IMG/VR virus record: IMGVR_UViG_3300012231_000020
Coordinates: 1-41,521 of that record
DNA: 41,521 nt
Direction: 5' to 3' (one strand)
DNA from: a virus
Taxonomy: Duplodnaviria; Caudoviricetes
Shown here: piece by piece, positions 1 through 9,595 of the stretch
How positions within the stretch are numbered: the stretch's first letter is position 1
Layout of the letters: every line of letters starts with the position of its first letter
Translations under genes and position numbers: made by a program
Notes under the pieces: generated by a model
What the model was told of the DNA's origin: nothing
Databases searched by the model: none
Seen by the model: the letters and a program-made list of their open reading frames with translations, nothing else

Positions 1-123
1 GGCGCTCCAATATTTATTGACGTATTGAAATGAATAAAATTTTCTATTGTGTCGTTGGTCGTTGAACTACCATTTAGTTTTGACGTAAACCCGCTTAACG
101 TGCCACGTACTAAAATGTGTTTA
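1..123. repeat. Terminal direct repeat, copy 1 (circular assembly overlap)
   Basis: Bases 1-123 are identical to 41399-41521, and an open reading frame runs through the junction. Confidence 0.95.
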
Positions 124-947
124 GTCACGTCGAAATTATCTATGACGGTGTTCGCCGATACCGCTGCGGGGCCCTCTGACCTCGTTAGCGAGCTCGTGCC
201 AGTCCTGAAAACGGTACGGGTCCCGGCGTAATTACTGTCTATCCTTAGCCGTTGTTCCGCAGCTATCGCCATGTTAAAGGAACTACTTGAACGGATAACG
301 GCGCTATCATTTGCGTAGTGATAATAGGCAAACCGGTTAGCCTGAATGCCGGTATTATGCAAACCGCCGTACCCGTATTTCATTATTCGGATAGAATTTA
401 TTGTGGATAGTGGCACAATACTTAGCGCTACGTCGTTGGCGGTTAAACTATCCATACGGCCAAACTGTAGCGGCGAATATGGTTTATTTGCAAAACTATA
501 TGTACCGGCATTGCCGCCCACCGTTGTATCTGCGTAGCCGCTTGTTATTTTCAGAACGTGACCGCTGAGGCCGATACTCCTTTCGTCATAAAAAAGCGCC
601 GGCGCTGCAGTCGTCCCGCCCAAGTGTATACTGTCGCCAGAGATACCGATACCGCTGCCCGCTGTGTAAGTCGTGCCGCTGCCAGTACCGACAAGCTGCC
701 AGACCAGACCCGACCAAACGTAGAGCCCTGAGTCGACCCCTGTCGAGTCATAGTACAGAGCGCCTGCGCGCTGGTACTGCCCAGACTGAAAGGCTGGCGA
801 GCTGCCGGCGGGCAGCCCGAGAGCATTAAAGACCCCTGCCAGCCAGTTATACCGCTGTGCGATATAGGTGTACCCGTTACCGATCCCTTGCGCGGAGCCA
901 GCAAAGCCCGCGACCGATAACAATAGAATAAAGAGTAGTTTTTTCAT
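3..947 (-). CDS. 5' part of an 821-aa signal-peptide-bearing tail fibre/virion accessory-like protein (continues across the junction into 41400..39880)
   Basis: Manual translation from ATG at 947 (ATGA overlap with the upstream stop) gives MKKLLFILLLSVAGFAGSAQGIGNGYTY..., with no stop down to position 3 and in frame with the 39880..41382 ORF. G/S/T-rich. Confidence 0.85.
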   Translation of the reverse strand, partial: MKKLLFILLLSVAGFAGSAQGIGNGYTYIAQRYNWLAGVFNALGLPAGSSPAFQSGQYQRAGALYYDSTGVDSGLYVWSGLVWQLVGTGSGTTYTAGSGIGISGDSIHLGGTTAAPALFYDERSIGLSGHVLKITSGYADTTVGGNAGTYSFANKPYSPLQFGRMDSLTANDVALSIVPLSTINSIRIMKYGYGGLHNTGIQANRFAYYHYANDSAVIRSSSSFNMAIAAEQRLRIDSNYAGTRTVFRTGTSSLTRSEGPAAVSANTVIDNFDVTKHILVRGTLSGFTSKLNGSSTTNDTIENFIHFNTSINIGA

Positions 948-2356
948 ATACAAAGTATTGGGTAAAGCCCCGTATTATTGACCAAATTATTTGCGCCCCC
1001 TGTCTCGTCGATCACGTCGCCAGCCCCGAAAGGGTCGGTCGTGTTTCTGATCCTCCAAAAAGTATTTCCGCCCCCGTCATACCCCCCGTAAATAAAGTCA
1101 CCGCGCAGGGCGTGAGCGTGTGCAAGTACGGCCTCGTTCTCGTACCGGCCCGCAGCGACCGAGCCGTCAAGAGCTGAGAGCGCCTTTATCATCTGGCTGC
1201 GCAGATCTGGGGGCCTGAAATTGACCCCGTCACTCATAAATTTACCCTTATTGATATAGATACCCCCGCTCTGAGTCTGCCAAGTGACCTCGTTAACGAC
1301 TGAGGCGATACCCAGATCGTCGAGGAGCTCAGCGACGCGAGGATAGTCAGCCAGCGCAAGCAGCGAGCCGTCGCAAAGCAGACCGTTAAGCATCGATTTG
1401 AAGCCCCAAGTAATTACTCCGAGGCGCTCGTGATTAGTTTCAGAGTCGATAACATGGAGCTCGCCGTCTTTGACGACCAGCTCGATCGTCTCGCCCTCAC
1501 CGAGTACTATCTGGTTAACGGCCTCTTTTCTAAAATTTACAGTTTCCCCGACGTCGAGTTGTATCACGAGATTTCGCTGCGTGCCCCCGTGAGTCTGCAC
1601 TCGAAAGCGGCTATCTGGCACAATCGCGAGCGCTGGTATCGTAAGGGTCCCGACCGTCGCGGCAAATTCGGCGAGGATCGTGCGCCCTCCCATCGTCACA
1701 GCGTTGTAATCCTCGTCGGTCGTCATTATATAAAATCCATCGTCAGAGATCACGATCCCGCTCTCGTCGTCCTCTGAGGAGGTGACCTTATTGATCACGT
1801 ATACCACGTAGACCCCGCCCGAGTTCATAAACTTAAAGGGGTCGACAAAGTCAAAGCCCCCGCCCTCGTCCGAGCGGTCGGTTATTTCAGCGGCCAGGAG
1901 TGAGGCCGTGCCCCGCTCCTCGACCCAGTAAGCCTTTTCAAAAAGGCGAGTATCGCGCAGACCGACCCCGCCCGCGACTGGGTCAGACCAGACGCCAGGG
2001 TCACTCTCGCCCCTGTCGACGACGTACTCGAAGCGCTGTATCGGAAAGAGCGCGCCGGTCCTCGCGTTACCTGCGAGCTCGAGGAGCAAAGAGTCTTTCG
2101 CGGTCCCGTCGATACTGCGCCAAAAACGAACGACGTGCCAAGCCTCAGATAAATTTATTACTTGTAATTGCTCGTTAACGTGAGGCGCTGGGTAAAAGAC
2201 AAAGGTCGCATCGGTATCGTTCTGGGCTCCGAGGCCTGTACCGGTAACATGACCGACGACCGGCGTGCCCTGAGCCGTTGACTTTACCCACTCGACGACG
2301 ATAAATTGAGCCTCGCCGGCGAAGTTGTGACTTATGTTTAAAAAGCCGTTAGGCAT
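944..2356 (-). CDS. Tail fibre protein with C-terminal phage tail-collar domain
   Basis: Collar-like motif GLLCDGSLLALADYPRVAELL...FRPPDLRSQMIK...AHAH...LYPILCI; located after the tail genes. Confidence 0.75.
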   Translation of the reverse strand: MPNGFLNISHNFAGEAQFIVVEWVKSTAQGTPVVGHVTGTGLGAQNDTDATFVFYPAPHVNEQLQVINLSEAWHVVRFWRSIDGTAKDSLLLELAGNARTGALFPIQRFEYVVDRGESDPGVWSDPVAGGVGLRDTRLFEKAYWVEERGTASLLAAEITDRSDEGGGFDFVDPFKFMNSGGVYVVYVINKVTSSEDDESGIVISDDGFYIMTTDEDYNAVTMGGRTILAEFAATVGTLTIPALAIVPDSRFRVQTHGGTQRNLVIQLDVGETVNFRKEAVNQIVLGEGETIELVVKDGELHVIDSETNHERLGVITWGFKSMLNGLLCDGSLLALADYPRVAELLDDLGIASVVNEVTWQTQSGGIYINKGKFMSDGVNFRPPDLRSQMIKALSALDGSVAAGRYENEAVLAHAHALRGDFIYGGYDGGGNTFWRIRNTTDPFGAGDVIDETGGANNLVNNTGLYPILCI

Positions 2357-2368
2357 ATCTTTTTAAGT

Positions 2369-3322
2369 TTATTGCAAGTATAAAATTTCGGTATAATCTG
2401 TGTCACCCCCGTCGATACCAAAGCCTTTATTGTCCATAATTATTGCGGCTGCAGCGATACCCTCGATGATAACGTCGTTCTCGGTGATGATACTATCACG
2501 GTTGAGCTTTTCGCGCAGCTCGATCGAGTACCCCGCGCTGGGGTAATTCTCAAGCAGCGCCGGCTCGAATTGTGCCCCCTCGTTTTTGGTATAGAGACGA
2601 CCGTCGATACTCAGCGAGCTGCAGCCAAAGATCCTCGCGATCTTGTCGATAAAATAAGGAGGTACCCCGTAATTACCCCCGAGGGTAAAGTCAAAGATTC
2701 TAAACGGCACCGAGTTGACAAGCGTCATATTTAAAAGCTGATCCTCGTATACGTTATCTTTTGCCCCTGGGCTCTTGTACCGCAGGACCGCCGGCACCCT
2801 GATCGAGGGCGCAAAGGGTGTAAAAAACTTAACGCCCTGATACGACTCATAATGTGAGTATTCGATATAGAGGGTCGGGTTCTGATTAGTCAGCATTATA
2901 CCGGAGTCCTCAGCGTCGAGGATCTCGAAGGGCTCCGAGTAAGTCAGGACCCCGCCCGTATCACGAACAAAAAAGTACTTTCCTGGGTCAAAGCCTGCGA
3001 GGCTTACTGCGATCTGCTTGATATAGTACGTCGGCCTGAGTTCGTCCTGCATTACATCGTTAAAGCTCTGCGTGAGCACGAGCTGACCGAGATAGTTATA
3101 CATTCGTAAAACAAAGGGCCCAAAATTCGCAGTATACTGCAGTCTTATCGAGTCACTCTGGCCCCAGGGCTGATAAAAGCAGATATCTTGCTGCCAAGGT
3201 TGAATAGTACGGCGAAAGGCCCAGTCGTCCATAAACCTCGACACGTAGTTAGGTATCTGCACGTTATCGAGCTGATGAAATTTGACGGGGTTGAGAAAGC
3301 TATCGTAAAGAGTGTTAGCCAT
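2369..3322 (-). CDS. Putative minor tail protein
   Basis: 317 aa, aromatic/beta-rich; lies between the tail hub gene and the fibre gene. Confidence 0.55.
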   Translation of the reverse strand: MANTLYDSFLNPVKFHQLDNVQIPNYVSRFMDDWAFRRTIQPWQQDICFYQPWGQSDSIRLQYTANFGPFVLRMYNYLGQLVLTQSFNDVMQDELRPTYYIKQIAVSLAGFDPGKYFFVRDTGGVLTYSEPFEILDAEDSGIMLTNQNPTLYIEYSHYESYQGVKFFTPFAPSIRVPAVLRYKSPGAKDNVYEDQLLNMTLVNSVPFRIFDFTLGGNYGVPPYFIDKIARIFGCSSLSIDGRLYTKNEGAQFEPALLENYPSAGYSIELREKLNRDSIITENDVIIEGIAAAAIIMDNKGFGIDGGDTDYTEILYLQ

Positions 3323-3324
3323 AC

Positions 3325-5670
3325 CTATATCAAATTTAAGAGATTATTGTCGGGGCAAGCCAATAATTTAAAAGTCTGCTCCTCGAGATCGTTGAGAGCG
3401 ATACCTCCTCGAATAAAAAAGCCCGTATACCGCTCGTCTTTCCAAGTAAAAGCAAAAACGGGGTTCGGGTTCTCCTCGAGGATCGCAGGCATATCGACGG
3501 GGCTGATCACGTCAAACTCAAAATAGGTAGGTAAGAACATCGGCGCGCCGAGTGCTGTGATCAGAACGTCAGCCTTTTCGATGATACCCCCCGCGATTAG
3601 TTCCTTGTTGCGATTTGCGTCGGCAAAGACAAGTGAGCCAGGTGCGTACTGTACCAGCCCGCCCGCTATCGTGCTCGCGTTGCGTAAGAGTATGCGCTTA
3701 GGCGAAAGCCTTACGTTAAATAGGCTTTCTTTGATCTCGGTGACGACGTCGGTCGGGGTGATGAGTTGAGTGACTGCGATATCGCGGTCGAGCTCGTAAA
3801 GCTGGCCCTCGAGGATCTCGATCGTGATATTGACGTTGAGCTCATCGACCAGCGGCTCGTTAGTGATGATAAGCTGACCAAAAAACCAGCCGCCCGCGCT
3901 CTTGATCGTGAGGTCCTGGTCGTTAAGAGCCGAGCCCGTGATCCTGATTTTCATACCGGCACGGAGCTCGGGCAGGCCTGCGCTTATCGATAGCAGCGGC
4001 TCTGCTGTAAAAGGGGCCCCGACGGCTTGAAAAGTCGCCAGAGTGTCAAAACTATCGGAGTCAGCCGCAGGCTGTACCGCGAGTGCGAAAGTATCGTTAT
4101 CTGTATCCTTATCGGTCGTCGTCTTTCCATCATAGTTTGCCCTCGTCGCGTCAATTTCAAAGGGGTCGGCCTTGTAGTTAGTTTGAAGGTCGAGCTGCTT
4201 ATCGGTGATCGCCTTGACCGGAGTATTAAAAATAAAGTGACCGTTAAACGCGAACTTACCGTTAACATCGTCAGCCTTTGGCTCTGCGTGCCCTACCTTA
4301 ACGCTCGTATACATTTGGTCGACCGCTGGCGTGACCTTGAGCCCTTTGATATCGCCGAGCTCAATTGCTGGCGTGACGCTCTCGGGCTGATACGCCTCGA
4401 TCCTTTTTGCGATCCTTATCTTATCGGTGATCGTCATCTCAGCGCTGAGGACTGTGTCGGCAAATTTCCAAAACTCGCGCCAGTTAGTCTTGAGCGCTGC
4501 GTTATCAATCGAGCGGACCCCGTCGCCGGAGGTGAGTATTATCTCGCTGCCAAAGTCAGCGACGAGATCCTGCAAAAAGTCGCTCTCAAAGTTGTCTGCG
4601 CTGCCCGTGATCTTTTCGGTCAGCTTACGAGCCGCGTCGTATAAGGTAAAGCCTTTGATATTCGTCTCAGGCGCGCGGTATAGAAACTCGACAAAAATAT
4701 CGGTATCGGTGTAAATATCCTCAGTATCAAAAGGGTGATTTGTATAAAAATAAAGTTTCTCGTCAGCCGGTAAGTCGAGAGTCAGGTCAAAGGTAAAGAC
4801 CGACGTCTCGCCGAGCCCTGCTGCGGTATCCATCCAATAAAGGCCCGGCTCCGCAGGGTAATTTGTTGGATCGATCGCAGTATTTGACGAGCCGGCGATC
4901 CAAAACTGATACGACCCCGCGTGAGTGACCCCGATCGTGCCCCTGATCCTTACCGTCACGGCTGCGGTCGTCCGCAAAAAATAGTTCTCGCTGAGGCTGA
5001 AATTATACAGCGGCCCCCCTGGGTAGTCCTCGAATTGTGACGTAAAGAAAGCAACCGAGCTATTCTGATACGTCTCAGCCGATATGAATGATATCGGCAT
5101 TATGTATTGGTTAGTATTAAGAGTGACCGCAGGATTGAGAAAGCGCGCGTTTTGTTGTACGACGACCCCGTCCATCGTGATATTTTTCGCGTCAAGGTCA
5201 AAGGGTATCTCGTAATTTGTCGACTCGTTAGCCTTGAGCTGACTCTGCAGCCCGCCCTCCATTATGCCGATATTAAAACGGTACCCGCCCTGATCATCGA
5301 CCGCAGTCGCAAAGTCGAGCTGGCCTTTATACAGTTGCTTATAAAATTCTTTATATGTTAGGGCGATCGTGTTAGACTCGTAAGTCAAGCGCTTGACGAG
5401 GAGGTAAAGCTCGCGATCGAGATTGAACTTATAAAAATCGTTTCTCAGGATCGTCGCGCCGTCGGTAACAAATCCGAGAGGTATACTAAAATTTCTGATA
5501 TTTCCGTGATACATCGGCGACCGCTCCCAGCCGATTGCGATCTCCTGATTTCCGTCAGGCGCGTTAGGCAAAGCCTTTGGCTGAGTCAGCGAGGTGACGA
5601 CCCCGTTAACGACTTGCCGCGTGCGACCGTCCTTTTCTGTCAGAAAGTATATAAATTTCGGAAGGCTCAA
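3325..5670 (-). CDS. Putative tail tip/baseplate hub protein
   Basis: 781 aa, directly downstream of the tape measure gene with an overlapping stop/start. Confidence 0.6.
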   Translation of the reverse strand: MSLPKFIYFLTEKDGRTRQVVNGVVTSLTQPKALPNAPDGNQEIAIGWERSPMYHGNIRNFSIPLGFVTDGATILRNDFYKFNLDRELYLLVKRLTYESNTIALTYKEFYKQLYKGQLDFATAVDDQGGYRFNIGIMEGGLQSQLKANESTNYEIPFDLDAKNITMDGVVVQQNARFLNPAVTLNTNQYIMPISFISAETYQNSSVAFFTSQFEDYPGGPLYNFSLSENYFLRTTAAVTVRIRGTIGVTHAGSYQFWIAGSSNTAIDPTNYPAEPGLYWMDTAAGLGETSVFTFDLTLDLPADEKLYFYTNHPFDTEDIYTDTDIFVEFLYRAPETNIKGFTLYDAARKLTEKITGSADNFESDFLQDLVADFGSEIILTSGDGVRSIDNAALKTNWREFWKFADTVLSAEMTITDKIRIAKRIEAYQPESVTPAIELGDIKGLKVTPAVDQMYTSVKVGHAEPKADDVNGKFAFNGHFIFNTPVKAITDKQLDLQTNYKADPFEIDATRANYDGKTTTDKDTDNDTFALAVQPAADSDSFDTLATFQAVGAPFTAEPLLSISAGLPELRAGMKIRITGSALNDQDLTIKSAGGWFFGQLIITNEPLVDELNVNITIEILEGQLYELDRDIAVTQLITPTDVVTEIKESLFNVRLSPKRILLRNASTIAGGLVQYAPGSLVFADANRNKELIAGGIIEKADVLITALGAPMFLPTYFEFDVISPVDMPAILEENPNPVFAFTWKDERYTGFFIRGGIALNDLEEQTFKLLACPDNNLLNLI

Positions 5671-8525
5671 AGGCTTTGATTTATGTAGTTTCTAAAATTC
5701 GAGCCGGTCTTGTGCGCCTGCGTCCAAGCTCTCTCAGCCCTGATAATCGGCTGGGGTATTTTCTTTATCGCCCCGACGACCTGACCAAAGCCTTTGCGCA
5801 GCTCGCCGGTCGTGTCGATATTCTCGACGATGATATTCGGAGCCCTGAGCCCGCTATTATAGTCAGGTATGACCTTTGCGCCCTTTGGCAGATCGACGAC
5901 GGTACTCGTTGCCGGCGTCTTGTAGTACGAGCCGTCAGGCAAAAGCACGCCCTCAGACCGGCCCCCGTCACCGACGACCGCGAGGCCCCCTGGGTGATGA
6001 TCGGTACCCTCTGCGTACTTTGGTATAGGCTGAGCGATAGCTCTCGCGATCTGTACCGCTCCGATCGCCCCGATCAGGGCCGCGAGCGCGATCGCGCCAG
6101 GTCCCAGCGTCTTGACCTGGGCCAAAGCACCGACGACGGCGAGCGCGGTCGTCTGCACTATATCGGCAATAGTACGAGCTTTATCGTACCGCGCTTTTTG
6201 CTGGTCGAGTTGTCGCTGTCTGAGCTCGAGCTGCTCGCGTTTCGCTGCAGCCCTCGCCTCGATCACAGCGATCGCGTCGGCTTTATCCTGCGCGTTAGTT
6301 ATAGTCTGATTTGCGACCTCGATATCTTTCTGCTTTTGCTTTTCGAGCAGGTCGATTTGATCTTGTACTGCATTTTTCTCGCGCTCAATCTTGTTCGTGA
6401 ATATATCAAAGACCAGCCCCTCGAGCTCGGTCGCCAGCTCAAGCACCTTATCACGAATATCTTTATCGAGCTGCTCGAGGTCTTTTTTAAGCTGCTCACC
6501 GAGCTTTGCCAGGTTTGCATTACTGCCCGATACCATCTTTGAGGCCGCGCCTCCGAGGCCCGTGACCGTCGAGCCGAGAGTACTCGTGCCGGTGCTGAGG
6601 TCCTTTGGCTTGATCGAGGCGAGCTTATCTGCGCCCTCCTGCGTGAGCCTTATGAGAGCGTTATTTTTTGCGTTCTCGATAGCGAGTATCTGATTAGCGT
6701 TACCGTCAGCCTTTTTGATCTCCTGCTCTGCATTAAAATCGATCAGCCTTTGAGAGTCGAGCAGGTAAGCCCGCAGCCCCTCGAGTCTTTCTTGTTGACT
6801 GAGCTTTTCATTATTGAAGATCACGAGATCCATCTCCTTATCAAGCTCGATATTTTCCTTTTTTATCTGCGCCAGAAAGTCGACGGTATCTTTGACCTTT
6901 TTAGCCGGCGAGTCTGCAAAGGGCTTATTTGGGTCGGTCGTCGCCTTGATCGCTGGGCCCCCGTCAAGCTCGGCGAGAGCTTTCTGCAGGCCCCTGATAT
7001 CGGCGAGGGCGCTTTTTATATTCGTCTTAAAAGAGGTCTGCTTTATTTTCTCATACTCAGCTAGGCGCTCAGTCAGGCGCTTGCGCAAGTTATCGGTATA
7101 CTCTTTATTGAGATCGTCCTCGCTGACGTTTAGCTTTTTGCCCTCAGCTTGTAGCTTTTTCAGATCGCTTTGAAAGCCTTTAAGCCCGTTGATCGCGAGG
7201 GTATAAACCTGCTGCGCCTCGAAAGCGATATCTTTATTGTCAGAGCCGGCCAGTATCGAGGCCTCGAGGCTCGACTTACCGCTGAGAGCATCGGCGAGAG
7301 CCTTACCTGCTCCGACTGCGCCCTGCCCGATCTTGATCAGGACCCCGAGCACCGAGTTAAGTATCGGCAAAAGCCCCTCCCCGATCTCCTCTTTCAGGTC
7401 CTTAAATCTTTGTTGAGCCGCAGCCAGCCCTCCGGCCTCGCTGTCTGCAAAGGCTTTGCCGACCCCCGCGACCTTTGGCGCGAGTTGAGTCATTACCAAG
7501 CCAAAAGCCTCTGAGGTACTTTTTGCGTCTTTGATATTAATACCGTACTCTTTCAGCGCCTTACCGTTACCCTCAAGTACTTTCGTTATCGTAGTCGTTG
7601 CGCTGGCGAGATCTTGGCCCGTCGCAGCCGCAAAGTCGATGATGACCGGCGTGAGCTGGTTGATCTGGTCCTCGGTCAGCTTACCGTATACGAGGAGCTT
7701 ATTAAAGACCTGCAGGATCTCGTCGTCGTCGATATACGAAAATTCTCGGGCCAGCTTTTTACTCGAAGCCTCAAGACGCTCGAAAGCCTCTGGTATACCC
7801 TGATTTTTTAAAGTATTTTGTAAGAGCCTGACATTTTTATCCATCTCGATAAACTCATTGATCGAGTCCTGAAAGACCGAGCCGACGCCAGCGATCCCGA
7901 TCAGCGCCAGAAAATTACCGGCGAGCCCCTTTATCTTATTGCTAAAACCGTCGAGGGCCTCCGAGTAAGAGCCGACCCTCCGATTTGTGATACCGACCGT
8001 GTCGTCGATCGCCTTGAGCCGGTTGTTAAGATCGTTCGCAGATTTAGCCGCAGCCTGCGCTCTCTTGTCGTTTATACCGTACTGCACCGCGAGATCCTGC
8101 GCGTGTTTAGCCGCTGCAGCAAAGGCGAGCGAAAGCTGCTTGTACGGCCTTGCGGCCTCCTGAGCCGCGTCTGCAGCTTTCTTACTCGCGGCGGCGAGTC
8201 GCTCGGTTTCTTTGCTGGCCGCGCTCGTCGCCTTAGTGACGGCGAGCTCGGCCTTTGCCTCAGCCTCTTTCTGCTTTGCCAGTTGTACTGAGGCCGCGCC
8301 GGCTGCGTTAGTTGTTTTACTCAGCGCTGCGAGAGCGGCCTCGAGCTCCTTAATTTTTTTATTGTAGTCATCAAAGGCTTTCGTATTGACGTTTAAATTT
8401 ATCGACTGATCGCGCGCGGCCTTGATCTGCGCGATACTATCCTGCACAAGTTTCTCGACTGTCTTTTGCTCAGCCGCGATCTTTGCGACGTCATATATCG
8501 AGTCGATACGGTCAACGCTTGCCAT
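5667..8525 (-). CDS. Tail tape measure protein
   Basis: 952 aa, Ala/Lys-rich helical repeats with hydrophobic stretches and a C-terminal YAEGT..HPGGLAVVGDGGRSE motif typical of TMPs. Confidence 0.9.
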   Translation of the reverse strand: MASVDRIDSIYDVAKIAAEQKTVEKLVQDSIAQIKAARDQSINLNVNTKAFDDYNKKIKELEAALAALSKTTNAAGAASVQLAKQKEAEAKAELAVTKATSAASKETERLAAASKKAADAAQEAARPYKQLSLAFAAAAKHAQDLAVQYGINDKRAQAAAKSANDLNNRLKAIDDTVGITNRRVGSYSEALDGFSNKIKGLAGNFLALIGIAGVGSVFQDSINEFIEMDKNVRLLQNTLKNQGIPEAFERLEASSKKLAREFSYIDDDEILQVFNKLLVYGKLTEDQINQLTPVIIDFAAATGQDLASATTTITKVLEGNGKALKEYGINIKDAKSTSEAFGLVMTQLAPKVAGVGKAFADSEAGGLAAAQQRFKDLKEEIGEGLLPILNSVLGVLIKIGQGAVGAGKALADALSGKSSLEASILAGSDNKDIAFEAQQVYTLAINGLKGFQSDLKKLQAEGKKLNVSEDDLNKEYTDNLRKRLTERLAEYEKIKQTSFKTNIKSALADIRGLQKALAELDGGPAIKATTDPNKPFADSPAKKVKDTVDFLAQIKKENIELDKEMDLVIFNNEKLSQQERLEGLRAYLLDSQRLIDFNAEQEIKKADGNANQILAIENAKNNALIRLTQEGADKLASIKPKDLSTGTSTLGSTVTGLGGAASKMVSGSNANLAKLGEQLKKDLEQLDKDIRDKVLELATELEGLVFDIFTNKIEREKNAVQDQIDLLEKQKQKDIEVANQTITNAQDKADAIAVIEARAAAKREQLELRQRQLDQQKARYDKARTIADIVQTTALAVVGALAQVKTLGPGAIALAALIGAIGAVQIARAIAQPIPKYAEGTDHHPGGLAVVGDGGRSEGVLLPDGSYYKTPATSTVVDLPKGAKVIPDYNSGLRAPNIIVENIDTTGELRKGFGQVVGAIKKIPQPIIRAERAWTQAHKTGSNFRNYINQSL

Positions 8526-9108
8526 AATTTTTTGAGTTTTGTTGCGCGTTAAGAACCTCGCAGTATTTTTCGTATTGGTTCATCATCATACACCACTCAG
8601 CGACCGTGATCACGTCAAAGTCGATACGGTACCCCTGTCTTTCGCCGAGTGTGATCGCCCAGACGTAAAAGCCTTTGCGGTCCCAGGCTTTGCCTGCGTG
8701 CTTATCTTGGTACTCCTGCAGCTCTTTCTCTTTGCGCTGCCAAGTAGTTATCTTTTTCTTGTTTCCGGAAAGTATCGCCCTGATATCTCTGGTAAAGTGA
8801 GCCTCGTTATCCATCGGTAAGGGCTGGCGAAAGTTGTAAAGCCTGAGCACCGCTTTAAGCTCTGCGGCCTCGGGTAAAAGTACATTTGTAAAGCAGATCG
8901 ATAGCATCTTGCAAGCCTCCTCGACGATCTTAAAGCCCGCTTTGAGGTACGTTATTTCCTTGATCAGGCCGAGGACAAAGAGCGAGCTCTTATTTTCTCT
9001 CAGGCTTATGTACTCCGCGTGAAGGTCGTCCCAGTAATCAGGGCGAGGAGTCTCCTCTAAAAACCAGCCAATAAAGGCCCCCATCTTTGTAATATAGGCG
9101 TGAGTCAT
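8512..9108 (-). CDS. Putative tail assembly chaperone/hypothetical protein
   Basis: Helical 198-aa protein immediately upstream of the TMP; function inferred from synteny only. Confidence 0.45.
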   Translation of the reverse strand: MTHAYITKMGAFIGWFLEETPRPDYWDDLHAEYISLRENKSSLFVLGLIKEITYLKAGFKIVEEACKMLSICFTNVLLPEAAELKAVLRLYNFRQPLPMDNEAHFTRDIRAILSGNKKKITTWQRKEKELQEYQDKHAGKAWDRKGFYVWAITLGERQGYRIDFDVITVAEWCMMMNQYEKYCEVLNAQQNSKNYGKR

Positions 9109-9518
9109 TTTAAATAATACCGAATTTCGTTAATAAATACCGGTTCGAGCTCCTTTATGTAGTTATTTTTTGCCTCAGTACCGAGCCCGAGGATATCTGG
9201 GCCGTATCTCCTTTTCAGCATTGTCGTCTTGCTGTCCTCGCTCTCGAGGATAAAAATATCACCGTATACGTCAAAGCCGATACCCCGATAAAAAGCGCCG
9301 GTATCGTAGAGCCTGATCGGCCCAGGTGGCTTATTGTACTGAAAGACTGACCGAAAAGAATAGTCTGGGAGGTATTGGTCGTTACTCTGCAGGCCTTGAG
9401 CGAGCTGCTTGCGCTGCTCGTCGATCGCCTCCTTACTCGTATCAGCCATAGCGGCACCCATCGAGAGCTCGACGTCGACCCTGAGTAATTTTGCCAGCAT
9501 ATCTGCGCAAGTTGTCAT
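9105..9518 (-). CDS. Putative tail completion/neck protein
   Basis: LYDTGAFYRGI and YGPDILGL motifs resemble virion morphogenesis proteins; tail module position. Confidence 0.5.
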   Translation of the reverse strand: MTTCADMLAKLLRVDVELSMGAAMADTSKEAIDEQRKQLAQGLQSNDQYLPDYSFRSVFQYNKPPGPIRLYDTGAFYRGIGFDVYGDIFILESEDSKTTMLKRRYGPDILGLGTEAKNNYIKELEPVFINEIRYYLK

Positions 9519-9526
9519 ATTATTCT

Positions 9527-9550
9527 AAAAAAGGCGGCTTACGGGCCGCC
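9527..9550 (-). terminator. Intrinsic terminator after the major tail gene
   Basis: Minus-strand RNA GGCGGCC-CGUA-AGCCGCC followed by a U run. Confidence 0.75.
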
Positions 9551-9595
9551 CTTTCTCAAAGTATAAACAATAAATAACCCTCGAAAGCAGCTATA

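Noticed and set aside
1-123. 123-bp terminal repeat as a biological DTR or att site
   Set aside because: It lies in the middle of an open reading frame and is best explained as an assembler overlap of a circular or permuted genome.
551-904. Listed 117-aa minus-strand ORF
   Set aside because: It is an alternative frame inside the real gene starting at 947.
5676-6542. Long plus-strand ORFs (also 4027..4644, 12535..13197, 27099..28190, 38795..39502)
   Set aside because: They are antisense shadows of clear minus-strand genes and show no recognisable motifs.
8512-9518. Programmed frameshift in the tail assembly chaperone
   Set aside because: No convincing slippery site joining two frames was identified; the ORFs have ordinary overlapping starts.
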